From: Lingula anatina
Taxonomy: Eukaryota > Animalia > Brachiopoda
DNA: 64,000 bases
Assembly (NCBI GenBank): GCA_051362555.1
Contig: CM120649.1
Coordinates: 1,302,001 to 1,366,000, forward strand
Direction: 5' to 3'
This document shows, piece by piece, positions 63,185-64,000 of the stretch. How positions within the stretch are numbered: the first letter of the stretch is position 1; each line of letters opens with the position of its first letter. The translations under genes were made by a program, and so were the position numbers. Below the pieces are notes generated by a model that was given only the letters and a program-made list of their open reading frames with translations, did no database searches and was not told the origin of the DNA.

Positions 63185-64000
63185 TTAGCCAACACCAGAC
63201 GGGGGGCATTCATCGCCCGACACACATGCTCTTTCTGATTGCTTCCATATGGTATTCTCCGGGCAATCGTACATTATGGGTCTCTGGCCCTTCCCGTGGC
63301 AGTAGTAGAAAGTAGTGCAGTTAGGGCCGGGACCTGGTAACCACTCAGCCTTATCGGACTGACAAATCTGTGTAGCCTCAGTCGTAGCGCTTAATGGCGT
63401 TATTGGTGAAGGGGTGAGTGGCAGCGTGGATGGTACCCCATTCATGCTCAACACGGGCAACGAACGCTGGTGTCCTCCATCGTAATCTTGCATCGCCGAT
63501 CCGGAGCTTCCCTGCGCGGACGTCAAAGAAGCGCTCCGGTTGTTGCAGTAATCCGGATCGTAGGCAACGCAGAAAAGGTCCTTCTGGTTCCACATGCGAC
63601 CACTCGCGCACTCAAGGAGGTGCATCCTCCACCCAATACAGCTATAGTACTTAGTGCAGTCCGTCAGGTGTTCATAGAACCCTGTCTCAGAGGGGCAGGT
63701 GAAAACGCCCGATCTGGTCGTCGTCGAGGGAGTAGGCGTGGTTGTGGTGGTTGGTGTTGGTGTGGTTGTCGGAGTCGTGGTTGTAGAGGGCGTGGTTGTT
63801 GTGGAGGTTGTGGTTGTGGCTTGCGTGGTACTTGTAGTTTGTGTGGTAGTCGTCGTGGTAGGTGAAGTCAATGCAGTGGATGTGGTTGTTGGTTGCGCCG
63901 TGGTTGAGCGACTCCTCATCTTCTCCATGCTCAAGGAAGATGCGTCTATCGTGTAATTGCTCTTATTCATCCCTGTCTTGAACGCTTCGAGTACTTCCTC
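63185..64000 (-). CDS. 3' part of a chitin-binding protein: Thr-rich mucin linker and two peritrophin-A (CBM14) domains
   Basis: Two 6-Cys modules (CPSETGFY..DCTKYYSC..CASGRMWN..C..C and CQSD..NCTTFYYC..CPENTIW..C..C). The frame stays open to the window edge (EEVLEAFKTG before the annotated Met), so the gene is 5'-incomplete. Confidence 0.9.
   Translation of the reverse strand, partial: EEVLEAFKTGMNKSNYTIDASSLSMEKMRSRSTTAQPTTTSTALTSPTTTTTTQTTSTTQATTTTSTTTTPSTTTTPTTTPTPTTTTTPTPSTTTRSGVFTCPSETGFYEHLTDCTKYYSCIGWRMHLLECASGRMWNQKDLFCVAYDPDYCNNRSASLTSAQGSSGSAMQDYDGGHQRSLPVLSMNGVPSTLPLTPSPITPLSATTEATQICQSDKAEWLPGPGPNCTTFYYCHGKGQRPIMYDCPENTIWKQSERACVSGDECPPSGVG

Overview
AT-rich eukaryotic (animal, probably marine invertebrate) genomic DNA with GT-AG introns, microsatellites and many transposon relics; most short ORFs in the track are spurious. 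Main content: (1) a minus-strand tandem family of large receptor-like proteins, with two intact two-exon genes (A 9326-14117, B 20932-25952), a truncated third copy (7685-8449) and a probable orphan 5' exon of a fourth (about 5222-5351). Each intact gene encodes a signal peptide, a Pmp/pectin-lyase-like beta-helix ectodomain, a Cys-rich stalk and about 9-10 TM helices. Predicted cytoplasmic loops carry two ITIM-like SxYxNV motifs and a Cys/His-rich 15-aa repeat present 12x in A and 3x in B. The 5' halves are diverged while the 3' halves and flanks are nearly identical. (2) A 22-coding-exon polycystin-1-like gene (35457-53159, +, about 1984 aa) with a very short ectodomain made of Cys-bracketed repeats and 11 Gly/Tyr/Ser repeats, a degenerate GPS site and an RRLL motif. 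(3) An intronless class A peptide-type GPCR lacking the conserved disulfide cysteines. (4) The 3' end of a gene with two peritrophin-A chitin-binding domains. (5) A decayed Tc1 (DD34E) element, a Sola3-like element, LINE relics and several MITEs. All gene models and counts were made by hand; no database search was possible.
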